Made by a program: the position numbers and the translations under genes. From an uncultured Verrucomicrobiae bacterium (lineage in GTDB: Bacteria > Verrucomicrobiota > Verrucomicrobiia > Palsa-1439): 64,000 nucleotides of DNA. Every line of letters begins with the position of its first letter. The first letter of the stretch is position 1. The DNA is taken from positions 1-64,000 of the forward strand of contig CAWEWF010000005.1 in the NCBI GenBank assembly GCA_963812605.1, in the 5' to 3' direction. The notes under the pieces were generated by a model, which saw nothing but the letters and a program-made list of their open reading frames with translations, was not told where the DNA came from and ran no database searches. This document shows, piece after piece, positions 62,675 to 64,000 of the stretch.

Positions 62675-62684
62675 TGCAAGCCGC

Positions 62685-62754
62685 TGTCATTCTGAGCGAA
62701 GCGAAGAATCTGGCTCGCTGCACGGCAAGACCCTTCGCTTCACTCAGGGTGACA
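62685..62754. repeat. Palindromic intergenic repeat (VILSEAKNL...PFASLRVT type)
   Basis: TGTCATTCTGAGCGAAGCGAAG ... CTTCGCTTCACTCAGGGTGACA. Confidence 0.8.
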
Positions 62755-62780
62755 CCCCGCAAAAATGACGGTGCTCGCCC

Positions 62781-64000
62781 ATGACCCGTCTCCCTTTCGA
62801 GCTTTTCCTCGGTCTTCGCTATCTCAAGCCCAAGCGCACGTTCGTTTCCGTGATCACGCTTATCTCCCTGTCGGGGGTGGCGATTGGCGTCTGGGTGCTT
62901 ATCGTTGTCATCGCTGTGATGAGCGGTTTTGACCGCGAACTGCGCGAGAAGCTCATGGGCATGCATGCGCACGTGACAGTGACCTCCGGCGGTTTGATCG
63001 AGCACAGCGACAAATTGCTCCAAACCGTTCTGGAAACGCCGCATGTGAAAGCCGCGTCGCCGTTTGCGATGGGGCTGGTATTGGTCGAATTCGAACACCG
63101 GGTGGCGACTCCCTACCTCAAGGGCATCGATCCGGAACGCGAAGTGACGGTCAGCCAGCTAACCAACTATATGAAGGAAGGCAGCCTTGACCTGAAAGGC
63201 GACAAAGTGGTCATCGGTCGCGAGTTGGCTTCGCAGTACGGTATTTTTCTGGGCGACAAAATCACCGTCTACTCACCGCGCAATCTCGAGAAAAAAGGCG
63301 ACGAAGTTTATTTGCCGATGGAACTGACGGTCACCGGCATCTTCGAGTCGGGAATGTATGAGTACGATATCGGCTTGATCTTCACATCACTCGAAACCGC
63401 GCAGGAACTTTACAGTTTGGGCCACGCCATCCACGGGATCGAGATTCGCACGGACGACCCGATCAACGGCGCCCGCGACGTTGCCGATGCGCTGAATGAA
63501 AAGCTCGCCCGGCCCCTCCGGGCGCAGACCTGGGCGGAACTGAACCAGCGGTTGTTGGGCGCGATCCAGGTCGAAAAGTCGGTGATGTTTTTTATCCTGA
63601 CGTTCATCATCATCGTCGCGGCCTTCGGCATCATGAGCACGCTGATCACGGTCACCGTGCAGAAAACGCGTGAGATCGGCGTCATGAAGGCGCTCGGCGC
63701 GGCTTCGGGAAAAATCCTCCGCATCTTTGTGCTTCAGGGTTTCATCGTCGGCGTGTTCGGCGTGACCGTCGGCATCGGGCTGGGCTTGCTCACCGTCCAG
63801 AACATCAATCCGATCAATCACTGCCTCTCCCACGTTGTCGGCATCGATTTGTTTCCACGCGACATTTACAATTTCCCGAGCATCCCCGCGTATCTCACGC
63901 CGCGCGATCTCCTGACGATTGGCATCTCTGCGTTGGTGATCTGCACGCTCGCCGGCCTGTTGCCCGCGCTGCGCGCCGCCCGCCTCGAACCCGTGGAAGC
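62781..64000 (+). CDS. Lipoprotein-releasing ABC permease LolC/E family, 3'-partial
   Basis: 'ALRYLKPKRTFVSVITLISLSGVAIGVWVLIVVIAVMSGF'; 'QKTREIGVMKALGA'; 'AARLEPVE' runs off the window. Confidence 0.9.
   Translation, partial: MTRLPFELFLGLRYLKPKRTFVSVITLISLSGVAIGVWVLIVVIAVMSGFDRELREKLMGMHAHVTVTSGGLIEHSDKLLQTVLETPHVKAASPFAMGLVLVEFEHRVATPYLKGIDPEREVTVSQLTNYMKEGSLDLKGDKVVIGRELASQYGIFLGDKITVYSPRNLEKKGDEVYLPMELTVTGIFESGMYEYDIGLIFTSLETAQELYSLGHAIHGIEIRTDDPINGARDVADALNEKLARPLRAQTWAELNQRLLGAIQVEKSVMFFILTFIIIVAAFGIMSTLITVTVQKTREIGVMKALGAASGKILRIFVLQGFIVGVFGVTVGIGLGLLTVQNINPINHCLSHVVGIDLFPRDIYNFPSIPAYLTPRDLLTIGISALVICTLAGLLPALRAARLEPVE

Overview
GC-rich bacterial chromosomal segment, most likely Verrucomicrobiota (inferred from the RpoD style, a DUF1559/H-X9-DG pseudopilin, DUF1570, a secreted protein with a 'DPFTTWQ...YYRVRV' C-terminus, and the hprK-ptsH-ptsI-lptB block). 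The backbone carries housekeeping genes (ispE, tRNA-Gln, pyrF, ahcY, metK, PTS/hprK/hpf/lptBAC/kdsC, degP-like, nadA, rlmI-like, rpoD, dnaG, lysS, lolC/E). It also has a type IV pilus/MglAB locus containing an unusual roadblock + ComEA-type HhH + repeat-domain protein, and a partial YgeW-like/carbamate kinase/xanthine dehydrogenase purine-catabolism cluster. Accessory patches hold toxin-antitoxin genes, gene fragments, degenerate attC-like motifs, a MITE and REP-like repeats. The most notable non-coding signals are a dispersed promoter + boxA-like + 97-bp inverted-repeat element with compensatory changes, a structured leader upstream of nadA, and a displaced decayed copy of a gene 3' end. Positions ~25.8-32.4 kb (and metK) contain many frameshifts, probably sequencing errors. 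No CRISPR array, rRNA, or intact integrase or transposase was seen. All family calls come from reading motifs by eye; no database search was run.
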